From: an uncultured archaeon
Lineage (GTDB): Archaea; Micrarchaeota; Micrarchaeia; Micrarchaeales; CABMGC01
Length of the DNA stretch: 64,000 bases
Direction of reading: 5' to 3'
NCBI GenBank assembly: GCA_963787445.1
Contig: CAWBCT010000005.1
Span: 352,001-416,000 of the forward strand
Positions within the stretch are counted from its first letter, which is position 1, and each line of letters starts with the position of its first letter. Positions 17,954 to 27,842 of the stretch are shown here, piece by piece. The notes beneath the pieces were generated by a model. That model had not been told where the DNA came from. It made no database searches and worked only from the letters and a program-made list of their open reading frames with translations. The position numbers were made by a program, and so were the translations under genes.

Positions 17954-19069
17954 CTATTTGAGCAAGAATTCGTCGAGATGGCCCTTGACCCTTTCGCGGT
18001 GCTTTCTGTGCTCTTCCAAAAAGTTGTTTATTGCGGTTGTGAGCTGTGCCTTGTGTTCTCCTGCAAGTATCGTGCCATCGCGTTCTGCCTTGAAGATTGC
18101 GGCAAGTTTCTTGTCATCAGGCTCGAAGAAGAACTTGAAGTATTGGCAAACAGCGCACTTGTCCGGATCGCCGCCTAGTTTCTTCTGCAGCTCTGCGGTG
18201 GACTGCTGGCCGGTTATGGCACGATTCACCTTTCTCCTGACTTCCTCAGGAGAATCATTTAGGTAAATAGTATTGTCCGGATCGCTGGCCGACATCTTCT
18301 GCTGTCCCTTCAGGCCGGGCATGAACTTGCTGTTCATGACTGCCGGCTTATAATAGCCGAGCTTTTCTATGACATCCCTGGCGATCCTGAAGTGCACATC
18401 CTGGTCGATGCCCATGGGAATAAAACAGGGGACGTTCTTGCCGTCCTCTACGGACTTGATGAACGCAGGCACGGCCTGCATGCTAGTGTAGAATATTGAT
18501 CCAAGATTTGCGTCGTTGCCATATCCGAATGCATCTTTTATCGTCGAAAATGTTATGTGTTTGGCCACACGCACCGCCTGCTTGTACATCTTGTCTGCAG
18601 CCTCCGTGTCTATGATTATCTTTGTCTTCTTTTTGTCAAAACCAAGAGCGATTATATTGACTGCTGCATCACGGGCAAGTTCATTGGCCTTCTCTAGGGT
18701 GAGATTGGAGTCCTTCTTCAGGAACTTCTCCTCGTCAGGTATCTGTATGTAGACCTCTGCGCCGAACTTCTCCTGGAGCCATCGCGCCATGACAAAATGC
18801 ATCAGGTGCGCTATGGTCATGTTGTTTGAAGGGGCTATGCCCGTGTAAACATAGAACTTGTGGCCTTTTTCGTACTCATCAAGCAGCCAGTTCATGTCGC
18901 GCTGGGCGAAATAGATGCCACGGGTGAGCATGAATTGGGAGCCGCCTGCGAGTTTTTCTATCCTTTGAAGCAGTTTCTTGTCAATCAAAGAGATGCCGAA
19001 ACGCTTGGCCAGCTCATCGTAGTTGACCTCCCCTTTGACTTCGTAGGGCGTTACCTCGAACTCCGCCAT
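17954..19069 (-). CDS. trpS: Tryptophan--tRNA ligase (archaeal type)
   Basis: VTPYEVKG, YTGIAPS, GIDQDVHF and KMSAS. Confidence 0.95.
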   Translation of the reverse strand: MAEFEVTPYEVKGEVNYDELAKRFGISLIDKKLLQRIEKLAGGSQFMLTRGIYFAQRDMNWLLDEYEKGHKFYVYTGIAPSNNMTIAHLMHFVMARWLQEKFGAEVYIQIPDEEKFLKKDSNLTLEKANELARDAAVNIIALGFDKKKTKIIIDTEAADKMYKQAVRVAKHITFSTIKDAFGYGNDANLGSIFYTSMQAVPAFIKSVEDGKNVPCFIPMGIDQDVHFRIARDVIEKLGYYKPAVMNSKFMPGLKGQQKMSASDPDNTIYLNDSPEEVRRKVNRAITGQQSTAELQKKLGGDPDKCAVCQYFKFFFEPDDKKLAAIFKAERDGTILAGEHKAQLTTAINNFLEEHRKHRERVKGHLDEFLLK

Positions 19070-19130
19070 TTAATCAAAGAAAAATTAGAGGGCAAACTAT
19101 AAATGCATGTTGCGTTGGCTGGCTCGCTGA

Positions 19131-19769
19131 CTAAGAAGGGCCTATCATGACGGGCATTAGGTGTTGGTGTTTTGCCCTTTTGCATGCCTTCCGGGCATCT
19201 CTCTTCGCCCGTTTGGTTTCCCTCTTCAGCTTCTTTATCTTGGCTTGGAGCTCGTCTACCTTTGTCTGCTCCCGCACCGCCAAGAATCCAGAAACGACGG
19301 CTTTTGCTACAGGTTTTATTACGTGGTAGGCAACCGCACCCCCAGCAACCACCCCGGTTAGGAATGTGTTGAACCCGACCTTGTTGAGCATGTCATCGTA
19401 GAATCTCTCGACCTGCGGTATGCTCTTGGATAGCTCGAAGGCGACTGGGAACAAAACCATTCCCCAGGCCAGTACCTTATGGAGCGTCTTGTTCCGATCT
19501 TTGTGCTCCTCTAGGATCTTTCTATTCTTCTCTTCTTTCCTCATGAGCTTTCGGAGCTCGTTGCGCATAAACCACATGGTTGCGTGCTGCCTGTCGCGCA
19601 CCGCTTGCTCAAGGGCACGCTGCTGGAGCTCAGTCTCAAGCCTTTCCCTGAAACCGTTGCGGAGCTCAGGAAAGTTTGTGGCGTAGGACATGGCCCTAGC
19701 GTCTCCGCTAGCAAACGGAGCGAACCTTCTCGGTTCTGTTTTCTTTGCTTCAGCTATTGCTGTTACCAT
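19131..19769 (-). CDS. Hypothetical membrane protein with coiled coils
   Basis: 212-aa ORF; two hydrophobic segments flanked by charged helical regions; TTTAAATA upstream. Confidence 0.7.
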   Translation of the reverse strand: MVTAIAEAKKTEPRRFAPFASGDARAMSYATNFPELRNGFRERLETELQQRALEQAVRDRQHATMWFMRNELRKLMRKEEKNRKILEEHKDRNKTLHKVLAWGMVLFPVAFELSKSIPQVERFYDDMLNKVGFNTFLTGVVAGGAVAYHVIKPVAKAVVSGFLAVREQTKVDELQAKIKKLKRETKRAKRDARKACKRAKHQHLMPVMIGPS

Positions 19770-20032
19770 TTTTGTTCCCCATATAAATTATGCGATTATG
19801 ATATTTAAAGTTGCTGTACAATTTCGTTTTGTTTATTCCTGTCGTCTTAGAAATTGGGGGTTCTGGTGTGGGTTTTGCTATTTTAGCGATCGGGAATGAC
19901 AAACAATACAGTTAAAGAGATGTAACCAATCTGTCCGCTTTTAACAAAGCTATTTAAACCTTTTTAAACAAATATATGCTGTGCCTATAGCTTGACTGTT
20001 AGAGCTATTGCTCGTTTTTGAGTGGTGTATGG

Positions 20033-20263
20033 ATGTCAGAAAAATCTAATCATGAATTCATTCCTCAACACGATAAACTCGATAACAAAGAAGTAAAAGT
20101 CATATTTGAAAAACTTAATCTGAAGGCGGACAACCTGCCTAAGATTTTGAGCACAGACCCCCAGGCGATACGCGCGGGCGCCGCCGTGGGAGATGTGCTG
20201 GAGATAAAGAGAAAGGAGTACGGCAGCGAGTATAAGAACTACAGGCTCGTTGTCGAAGGATAA
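20033..20263 (+). CDS. rpoH: RNA polymerase subunit H (Rpo5)
   Basis: HEFIPQH, LPKILSTDP, GDVLEIKR and YRLVV; GGTG-N5-ATG. Confidence 0.96.
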   Translation: MSEKSNHEFIPQHDKLDNKEVKVIFEKLNLKADNLPKILSTDPQAIRAGAAVGDVLEIKRKEYGSEYKNYRLVVEG

Positions 20264-20285
20264 CCCCCAGCGTCAGTTGGTTTTC

Positions 20286-21779
20286 ATGGAAGAGAAAAAC
20301 ATCTTACTAGGTTCGTATTTGACGCAGGCGGCGCTCATTCAGCACCAGGTCGACAGCTTCAACCGTTTCCTCGACACAGGCATCCCCAAGGCGATGGGCA
20401 ACCAGACAACCATAGAGCCCAGCGTAGAGGGGTTCGCGCTCAAGCTCGGCACGGTGAGAATAGGCAGCCCTTCCATAATCGAGGCCGACAGCTCACGCAG
20501 AAACATCCTTCCTAACGAGGCAAGGCTTCGCAACATAACCTATGCTGCGCCGATCTACATGGAGGTAGTCCCGGTGATAAGGGGCATAGAGAAAACGGCT
20601 TCCTACGGAGAGGTCTATGTCGGCGACATCCCCATAATCGTAAAGAGTAATCTGTGCCACACCAAGTCGATGAGCAGGACCCAGCTGATAGAGAACGGCG
20701 AGGATCCTGACGATCCCGGCGGATACTTCATAATCAAGGGCGTCGAGAGGGTCCTTATCGGGCTTGACGACGTTGCATCAAACCGAATAATAACGACCAG
20801 GGAGAAGAAGGGAAGCGAGGTCAAGAGCCGCGTCTTTTCAGCAACTCCCGGCTTCCGCGCAAGATGCGTTGTCACAAGAAACCAGAACGGGATGTTCCTT
20901 GTGGACTTCCCGACGGTAAACAGGAGCCTGGAGATGCTCATGCTCCTCAGGGCGCTCGGGATGCAGATAGACGACATAAAGGAGTATGCAAGCATAATGC
21001 TGCCGTTCAAGAACGACGTCCTGCTCAACATCGAGCTTAGCACAATCAACAAAGAGGGCGGAGGCGTCCTCACGCCTGCGGAGGCACTCTTGGAGATAGG
21101 AAAACTTGCGGCCCCAGGCCAGGCAAAGGAGTACCAGATAAAGAGGGCGGAGACGCAACTCGACAACTACCTGTTGCCGCACATCGGCTCCGAGGTGGAG
21201 GCGAGGAAGGAGAAGGCAAAGTACCTCTTGGAGATGGCGAAGAAGTCAACCGCTGTCGCGAACAAGATGATAAGACAGGACGACAAGGACCACTACGCAA
21301 ACAAGCGCACGAGGTTCGCAGGCGAGCTCATGGAGGAGCTGTTCGCCTATGCATTCCGTTTCTTCCTCAAGGAGGTAAAGTACCAGATAGAAAGAATGAG
21401 TGCGAGAGGAAGACGCCTAAGCATGCAGTCGATAATCAGCCCGGACACGCTTACTGAGAAGATCGCCTACGCCATGGGAACAGGCACCTGGGTTGCCGGA
21501 CAGACGGGAGTCTCACAGGTTCTTGACAGGACAAACCTGATTAGCACCTACGCACACTTAAGAAGGATAAAGTCGCCGTTGGCGAAGAAGCACCCGCACT
21601 TCAGGGCGCGCGACGTCCACGGAACCCAGTGGGGCAAGATCTGCCCGACAGAGAGCCCGGAGGGACAGGAAGTTGGACTTACAAAGTACCTTGCGCTTAT
21701 GGCCAAGGTTACGGTGGGTGCTGACGAGGCCCTGACCACCGAGGAGCTGAAGAAGCTCGCAACGATAAAGCCGGTTTGA
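20286..21779 (+). CDS. rpoB2: RNA polymerase subunit B'' (Rpo2N)
   Basis: QVDSFN.F, EARLRNITY, DPGGYFIIKGVERV, DKDHYANKR and GKICPTESPEG. Confidence 0.96.
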   Translation: MEEKNILLGSYLTQAALIQHQVDSFNRFLDTGIPKAMGNQTTIEPSVEGFALKLGTVRIGSPSIIEADSSRRNILPNEARLRNITYAAPIYMEVVPVIRGIEKTASYGEVYVGDIPIIVKSNLCHTKSMSRTQLIENGEDPDDPGGYFIIKGVERVLIGLDDVASNRIITTREKKGSEVKSRVFSATPGFRARCVVTRNQNGMFLVDFPTVNRSLEMLMLLRALGMQIDDIKEYASIMLPFKNDVLLNIELSTINKEGGGVLTPAEALLEIGKLAAPGQAKEYQIKRAETQLDNYLLPHIGSEVEARKEKAKYLLEMAKKSTAVANKMIRQDDKDHYANKRTRFAGELMEELFAYAFRFFLKEVKYQIERMSARGRRLSMQSIISPDTLTEKIAYAMGTGTWVAGQTGVSQVLDRTNLISTYAHLRRIKSPLAKKHPHFRARDVHGTQWGKICPTESPEGQEVGLTKYLALMAKVTVGADEALTTEELKKLATIKPV

Positions 21780-21783
21780 TTCT

Positions 21784-23607
21784 ATGGATGCTCAAAAGAA
21801 AGCTTATGTATATTTGAATGGCAGGGCCATCGGTTCAGTCGAGGACCCGGTTAAGTTCATCCATGAGGTTCGCGGAGCACGCAGGAAGGGTCAGCTTTCG
21901 GGAGAGATAAACATAGCCTACGTTGAGAAGCTCAACAGCATCAACATAAACACAGACAGGGGCAGGCTAAGGAAGCCCTACGTGATAGTGGAGGGGGGCA
22001 AGTCAAAGCTCACGGAGGAGCTTCTGGAGAGGCTTGTGAAGAAGGAGATAAACTTCAACTACCTGGTGCGCAGCGGCATCGTCGAGTACCTTGACGCTGA
22101 AGAGGAGGAAAACGCGCTTGTCGCACTGACCGAGGAGGCGATAACCGAGAATCACACGCACGTTGATTTCGACCTCGCCTCGATCTTCGGCCTTTCAGCA
22201 AACCTTGCGCCTTTCGCGGAGCACAACGCCTCGGCGCGTCAGGCAATGAGCGCAAACTACATGAAGCAGTCAGAGGGGCTTTACGTTACAAACTTCAACC
22301 AGAGGTTCGACTCTCGCGCCTTCCTGCTCTTCTACCCACAGGCGCCGATAGCGACAACGGTCCCCTATGAGACGCTCGATGTGAAGAGGCATGCAAGCGG
22401 GCAGAACCTGGTAGTCGCAATTACCACTTATTACGGATACAACATGAAGGACGCAATAGTCCTCAACCGCAGCGCGGTTGAGCGCGGAGTCGGCCGCAGC
22501 ATGTTCTACAAGTCCTACGCAGACGAGGAGCGCAGGTACCCTGGAGGCCAGCGCGACCGCTTCAAGATTCCGTCAGCCACATCAGAGGGTTACATGGGAG
22601 AGCACGCCTATTCCAAACTCAGCGAGGACGGGATAATCGAACCGGAGATGCCGGTCGTTGAAGGCGACGTTCTGGTCGGAAAGGTGGCGCCTCCGAGGTT
22701 CCTTGAGGAAAACATCGGCGCAAGCGGCCTTGAGGAGCGCACTCGTGACGACTCAGTGGTTCTGAAGCCGGGAGAGAACGGCGTCGTAGACAGTGTCATA
22801 TTCACAGAGACCCCTGGAGCAACAAAGACGGTGAAGGTCAGGGTGCGCAGCATAAGGGTTCCTGAGAGGGGAGACAAGTTCGCAAGCAGGCACGGGCAGA
22901 AGGGAGTAGTCGCGCTCATAGCAAACAATGAGGACATGCCGTTTACTGCAGATGGCGTTGTGCCGGATCTGCTGCTCAACCCGCACTCCATACCTACTCG
23001 TATGACATTCGGTCACCTGCTTGAGGAAATAGCAGGGAAGGCGGGCGCTGTCGCAGGAACTAAGGTGGACGGAACCGCATTCACGAAGTCGGGAAGGGAC
23101 AGGCTTGATGAGTACGCGGAGATGCTCAAGGAGGGCGGCTACGACGAGAATGGAGACGACGTGCTTTACGACGGAATGACGGGAAGGCCGTTCAGGGCGA
23201 AGATCTTCACAGGAATTTCATACTACAACAGGCTCTACCACATGGTAAGCAACAAGATGCAGGTAAGGAGCAGAGGAAAGGTGCAGATCCTCACGCACCA
23301 GCCTACGGAAGGAAAGGCAAGGCAGGGTGCGCTGAGATTCGGTGAAATGGAACGAGATGCGCTTATCGGCCACGGCGCGAGCCTCCTATTGAAGGAGCGC
23401 ATGCTTGACCAGAGCGACAAGACGGCCGTACTAATCTGCAAGCAGTGCGGAGGCATGGGTTACCATGACTTCCTGAAGCGCACGAACGTCTGCCCGCTCT
23501 GCGGGAACACGGCGCTCGTTGAGGTCGAGATGAGCTATGCGTTCAAGGTCCTGCTGGACGAGATAAGATCCCTGCACATAATGCCCAGGGTTAAGATGAG
23601 GGAGTGA
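21784..23607 (+). CDS. rpoB1: RNA polymerase subunit B' (Rpo2C)
   Basis: GDKFASRHGQKG, NPHSIPTRMT, LRFGEMERD and a C-terminal Zn finger. Confidence 0.97.
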   Translation: MDAQKKAYVYLNGRAIGSVEDPVKFIHEVRGARRKGQLSGEINIAYVEKLNSININTDRGRLRKPYVIVEGGKSKLTEELLERLVKKEINFNYLVRSGIVEYLDAEEEENALVALTEEAITENHTHVDFDLASIFGLSANLAPFAEHNASARQAMSANYMKQSEGLYVTNFNQRFDSRAFLLFYPQAPIATTVPYETLDVKRHASGQNLVVAITTYYGYNMKDAIVLNRSAVERGVGRSMFYKSYADEERRYPGGQRDRFKIPSATSEGYMGEHAYSKLSEDGIIEPEMPVVEGDVLVGKVAPPRFLEENIGASGLEERTRDDSVVLKPGENGVVDSVIFTETPGATKTVKVRVRSIRVPERGDKFASRHGQKGVVALIANNEDMPFTADGVVPDLLLNPHSIPTRMTFGHLLEEIAGKAGAVAGTKVDGTAFTKSGRDRLDEYAEMLKEGGYDENGDDVLYDGMTGRPFRAKIFTGISYYNRLYHMVSNKMQVRSRGKVQILTHQPTEGKARQGALRFGEMERDALIGHGASLLLKERMLDQSDKTAVLICKQCGGMGYHDFLKRTNVCPLCGNTALVEVEMSYAFKVLLDEIRSLHIMPRVKMRE

Positions 23608-23611
23608 TTTT

Positions 23612-26164
23612 ATGCAGGCTGAAGCAATAAACTTTATACAGTTCGGAATCCTCTCACCAGAGGAGATCAAGAAGCTGAGCGCAGCCAAGCTCACAGTACC
23701 TGACACTTACAACGAGGACGGCTACCCGATAGACGGCGGCCTTCTTGACCAAAGACTCGGAGTCATTGACCCGGGCCTGGTGTGCAAGACCTGCGGGGCA
23801 CGCGCAAAGACCTGCCCAGGCCACTTTGGCCACCTGGAGCTGGTCCGCCCGGTCATTCATTCAGAGTTCTCAAAGATACTTTACATGATAATGCACGCGA
23901 CCTGCTTTGAGTGCCACCGCATCCTTCTTGACGAAAAACATATCGAGAAGCTGAGGGAGAGCAGGGGCACGGAAGAGGTCCTGCTGGAGAACGCCGAGAG
24001 GGCCGAACTTACCGCGGAGAACGAGACAAAGATCAGGGGCCCGCAGGCGAAGATAAAGTCGAGCAAGAAGTGCCCCTACTGCAATGCCCTGCAGCCGAAG
24101 CTCAGGTTTGCGCAACCCACCTTCTTCACGATAGGAGAGAGGAGGCTAAAGCCCGACGAGATAAGGGACAAGGTCAGCAGGATAAGCAAGGAGGACCTCA
24201 AGCTGATCAACATCGACCCTGCCGTAAGCGATCCGTCATGGTTGGTCCTGAGCGCGCTGCTGGTGCCTCCGGTCAACGTTCGACCGTCAATCACGCTTGA
24301 GTCCGGAGAGAGGAGCGAGGACGACCTCACCCACAAGCTCGTGGACATAATGAGGATCAACCAGAGGCTGGAGCAGAACATCAACGCGGGCGCACCCCAG
24401 ATCATCATAGACGACCTTTGGGAGCTTCTCCAGTACCACGTGACCGCATACTTCAACAACGAGACATCTGGAATACCACCTGCACGCCACCGCAGCGGCA
24501 GGGCGCTTAAGACCCTGGCCCAGAGGCTGAAGGGCAAGGAAGGCCGTTTCAGGTACAACCTCAGCGGAAAGAGGGTCAACTACTCGGCCAGAACAGTAAT
24601 CAGCGTGGACCCGTACGTCAACATCGACGAGGTGGGGGTCCCGCCGGACATCGCCTCGAAGCTTACGGTGCCATTCTACATAACGGCGTGGAACCTGGAG
24701 TACGCAAAGGCGATGCTCCTGAGCACCACCTACCCCAACGTGATAAACGTAATAGCGAAGGACGGCAAGAGGAAGCGCGCAATAGACGCGAACCGGGAGG
24801 AGCTCGTCAAGGAGCTTACCCCCGGAGTCATACTTGAAAGACAGCTGGTCGACGGGGACATAGTGCTGTTCAACAGGCAGCCGTCTCTGCACAGGATCTC
24901 AATCATGGCCCACAAGGTCAAGATCCTGCCCGGGAAGACATTCAGGATCAACTTCTGCACCACTTCACCATACAACGCAGACTTTGACGGAGACGAGATG
25001 AACCTGCACGTGCCCCAGACGCTGGAGGCGCAGGCAGAGGCCCGGCTCCTGATGGATGTTCAGTACCAGGTGTTCTCGCCCAAGGACGGGGATGCGATAA
25101 TAACCAACAGCGAGGACGGGATCAGCGGCATGTACGACCTCACGAAAGAGGGCACGCTCCTGACCAAGGACGAGGCTGTTTATCTTCTCGGCATAGCGGA
25201 CATCTACGAGCTGCCTACGGAGCAGAAGAGCGGGCTCTACAAGGGCACGGACATCTTCTCGATGCTTCTGCCCAGGGGGCTGGACTTCCTGAGCAAGAGG
25301 AGCAGCGGAACGGTGAGGATAAAGAACGGGAAGCTCACAGAGGGAATAATTACAAAGGAGATCTACGGCGGCGGAAACCAGCTGTTCGTGAAGATCGCGA
25401 ACGACTTCGGCTTCGAGAGGCTCAAGGAGTTCATCTTCCAGTCCTCAAAGCTTGCCGACGCCTACGTAACCCTCGCAGGGGTCACGGTGGGGGTGAAGGA
25501 GTACGCCATAGACGAGGCCATGGAGAAGGAGAGGGCCCGCGTGGTGAAGGAGACCTTCGAGAAGGTCAACGACCTCATCGCCCAGTACAAGGCAAAGAAG
25601 CTCGAGCCGCTCATCGGATACACGCTGCGCGAGTCCCTGGAGCGAATAATCATAACAGAGCTAAACATCGCCAGAAACAAGGCGGGAGAGATCCTGGTCA
25701 AGCACGAAGGGGAGAGCAACAGCGCAGTGGAGATGGCAAAGTCCGGTTCCAGAGGAAACGTGCTGAACCTGGAGCAGATGAGCATGTTCCTGGGCCAGCA
25801 GGCAACCCTGAGCGGAGGCAGGATAAAGAGTGGATACTACTCAAACAGGGTGCTGCCGCACATAGCGCCGGGAGATGTGGGCCCGGTGGCGCACGGCTTC
25901 ATCACCACCAGCTACTACTCGGGAATGAGCCCGGTCGAGCTGTTCATGCACGCGGTCGGTTCAAGAGGTTCAGAGGTCTACAAGGCGCTCCTGACGGGAA
26001 GGAGCGGTTACCTGTACAGAAGGCTCTCGAACGCCCTCCAGGACTACTACGTGAAGAACGACCTGAGCGTAAGGGACGTGAACAACAACATAATCCAGAC
26101 AACCTACGGGGGCGACGCGGTCAACCCGATGATGTCCCAGTTCCTGGAGATAGAAAGTGAGTAA
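23612..26164 (+). CDS. rpoA1: RNA polymerase subunit A' (Rpo1N)
   Basis: CPGHFGH, RLKGKEGRFR, FNRQPSLH and catalytic NADFDGD. Confidence 0.98.
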   Translation: MQAEAINFIQFGILSPEEIKKLSAAKLTVPDTYNEDGYPIDGGLLDQRLGVIDPGLVCKTCGARAKTCPGHFGHLELVRPVIHSEFSKILYMIMHATCFECHRILLDEKHIEKLRESRGTEEVLLENAERAELTAENETKIRGPQAKIKSSKKCPYCNALQPKLRFAQPTFFTIGERRLKPDEIRDKVSRISKEDLKLINIDPAVSDPSWLVLSALLVPPVNVRPSITLESGERSEDDLTHKLVDIMRINQRLEQNINAGAPQIIIDDLWELLQYHVTAYFNNETSGIPPARHRSGRALKTLAQRLKGKEGRFRYNLSGKRVNYSARTVISVDPYVNIDEVGVPPDIASKLTVPFYITAWNLEYAKAMLLSTTYPNVINVIAKDGKRKRAIDANREELVKELTPGVILERQLVDGDIVLFNRQPSLHRISIMAHKVKILPGKTFRINFCTTSPYNADFDGDEMNLHVPQTLEAQAEARLLMDVQYQVFSPKDGDAIITNSEDGISGMYDLTKEGTLLTKDEAVYLLGIADIYELPTEQKSGLYKGTDIFSMLLPRGLDFLSKRSSGTVRIKNGKLTEGIITKEIYGGGNQLFVKIANDFGFERLKEFIFQSSKLADAYVTLAGVTVGVKEYAIDEAMEKERARVVKETFEKVNDLIAQYKAKKLEPLIGYTLRESLERIIITELNIARNKAGEILVKHEGESNSAVEMAKSGSRGNVLNLEQMSMFLGQQATLSGGRIKSGYYSNRVLPHIAPGDVGPVAHGFITTSYYSGMSPVELFMHAVGSRGSEVYKALLTGRSGYLYRRLSNALQDYYVKNDLSVRDVNNNIIQTTYGGDAVNPMMSQFLEIESE

Positions 26165-27202
26165 ATGGCCAAGGAGAAAAACGAGCATAAGATCCAGTAC
26201 GGCGAGCCCGTAGGCATGATAGCCGCGCAGTCGCTCGGAGAGCCAGGCACCCAGATGATTCTGAGGGCCTTCCACTTTGCAGGAATAGAGTCAACCATAG
26301 CCACCTCTGGACTGCCGCGCATAGTCGAACTCGTGGACGCGAGGAAGAAGCCGGCGACGCCGATAACCTATGTTTATCTCACTGGGGATGCAAAGAAGAG
26401 CTTTGACAAGGCGGAGGTCATACTTAAGAAGATCAGCGAGGTGAGGATGAACTCCATAGTCAAGAGGGCCCTGGAGAACTTCTCCAAGGGCATAATAAAG
26501 CTGGTGCTGGACGAGCAGACGGTGAGGGCGAACGACCTCACCCCGAGCCAGATAGCCCAGAAGGTCAGCAAGAAGATAGGCGCGCCGACCCGGGTCGAGA
26601 AGGACGGCAACATACTCATAAAGCTCAGGACGAAGAACATGACAGAGGTGCGCGCCACGAGCGTCAAGATAATGAAGGAGGTCATACAGGGCATAGAGGG
26701 CGCCGGTAAGGCCATAATTCAGCAGGAGAAGGGCGGAGAGTTCTACATAATAGCGGCGGGAAGCAACATCAAGGACATAATAGGTGTGGACGGGGTGGAT
26801 GCCTCAAGGCTCTACACCAATGACGTTTTCGCGATGTACAGGCAGTTCGGGATTGAGGCTGCAAGGAACACGATAGTCAGGGAGCTCGCCGGCACCCTGA
26901 AGGAGCAGAAGATAGGCGTTGACACGAGGCACCTGATGCTGATAGCAGACGCGATGACCTACGACGGGACGGTGAGGGGAGTGGGCAGGCATGGGCTGAG
27001 CGGGCAGAAGAGGTCTGTCTTCGCCAAGGCGGCCTACGAAGAGACGATAAAGCACCTGGTCAATGCAGCTGCGTTCAGCGAGATAGACTGGATGCGCGGG
27101 GTCACGGAGAACATCCTGGTGGGCAAGCAGATCCCCATAGGGACGGGCTCGGTAAAGCTGGCGGTAAAGAAGGATGACGTCCAGAAGGCCTCCAAGAAGT
27201 GA
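26165..27202 (+). CDS. rpoA2: RNA polymerase subunit A'' (Rpo1C)
   Basis: GEPVGMIAAQSLGEPGTQM, GIEAAR, RHLMLIADAMT and GVTENILVG. Confidence 0.97.
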   Translation: MAKEKNEHKIQYGEPVGMIAAQSLGEPGTQMILRAFHFAGIESTIATSGLPRIVELVDARKKPATPITYVYLTGDAKKSFDKAEVILKKISEVRMNSIVKRALENFSKGIIKLVLDEQTVRANDLTPSQIAQKVSKKIGAPTRVEKDGNILIKLRTKNMTEVRATSVKIMKEVIQGIEGAGKAIIQQEKGGEFYIIAAGSNIKDIIGVDGVDASRLYTNDVFAMYRQFGIEAARNTIVRELAGTLKEQKIGVDTRHLMLIADAMTYDGTVRGVGRHGLSGQKRSVFAKAAYEETIKHLVNAAAFSEIDWMRGVTENILVGKQIPIGTGSVKLAVKKDDVQKASKK

Positions 27203-27239
27203 CTGGCCTCTCGGGCAGTTTATAGTTTATATTTGAGGG

Positions 27240-27833
27240 TTAGCTGAAGCTCGACGCGGCTAGGCCTAGGACGCCCGAAACTCCAGAGCTCGTCAGCCTG
27301 GTGGTGGTGGAGACGATGTTCACGCTGATCACCTGGTCTCCCTTGTATCCGACCAGATTGAAGGCCTCGGACTTGCTGTTTTGCGGGACGACCGTAAGCA
27401 GGGTGTAGTTCATCCCGTCAACCGCTCCCGTGGATAACTGGACGTTGAAGAGTGAAGAGGGAAAGTTTGCTATGGACTGGTTCAGGGACCCGACCATCTC
27501 GTTGTAAAGCGTGAGGCCGCTGCCGGTGGTGTTGATTACATGCTGCTGGTAGGTGGTGAAGTTCTGCGGGGAGCTGGGCGTGGATACGTTAAAGATGACC
27601 GTGGAGCCGGAGGCGTTCGTCTGCCCATTGCCGAAGATTCCCGGCAGGCTTGGCACTGTGTTTGAGGTCCCGTTCGTTGTGCTGTTGGGCAGTATTGAGG
27701 TCGTCCTTACCGTATTCCGGGGGACATAGGCAGAGTAGGCGAGGGCCACGACTGCCAGCAAAACCAGTATCACTGCTGCCGCAATTATTATCTTCCTGCT
27801 TGAAGAGGGCGATGGGCTGTTGTATTCGGGCAT
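27240..27833 (-). CDS. Membrane-anchored surface protein
   Basis: N-terminal TM IIIAAAVILVLLAVVALAY; N/S/T-rich; directly downstream of the giant repeat protein. Confidence 0.75.
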   Translation of the reverse strand: MPEYNSPSPSSSRKIIIAAAVILVLLAVVALAYSAYVPRNTVRTTSILPNSTTNGTSNTVPSLPGIFGNGQTNASGSTVIFNVSTPSSPQNFTTYQQHVINTTGSGLTLYNEMVGSLNQSIANFPSSLFNVQLSTGAVDGMNYTLLTVVPQNSKSEAFNLVGYKGDQVISVNIVSTTTRLTSSGVSGVLGLAASSFS

Positions 27834-27842
27834 AGTATCACA

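Noticed and set aside
20286..27202. Split RpoB and RpoA as a novelty; inteins in RNAP, MCM or Top6B
   Set aside because: The B''/B' and A'/A'' splits are known archaeal arrangements; protein lengths are ordinary with no intein motifs
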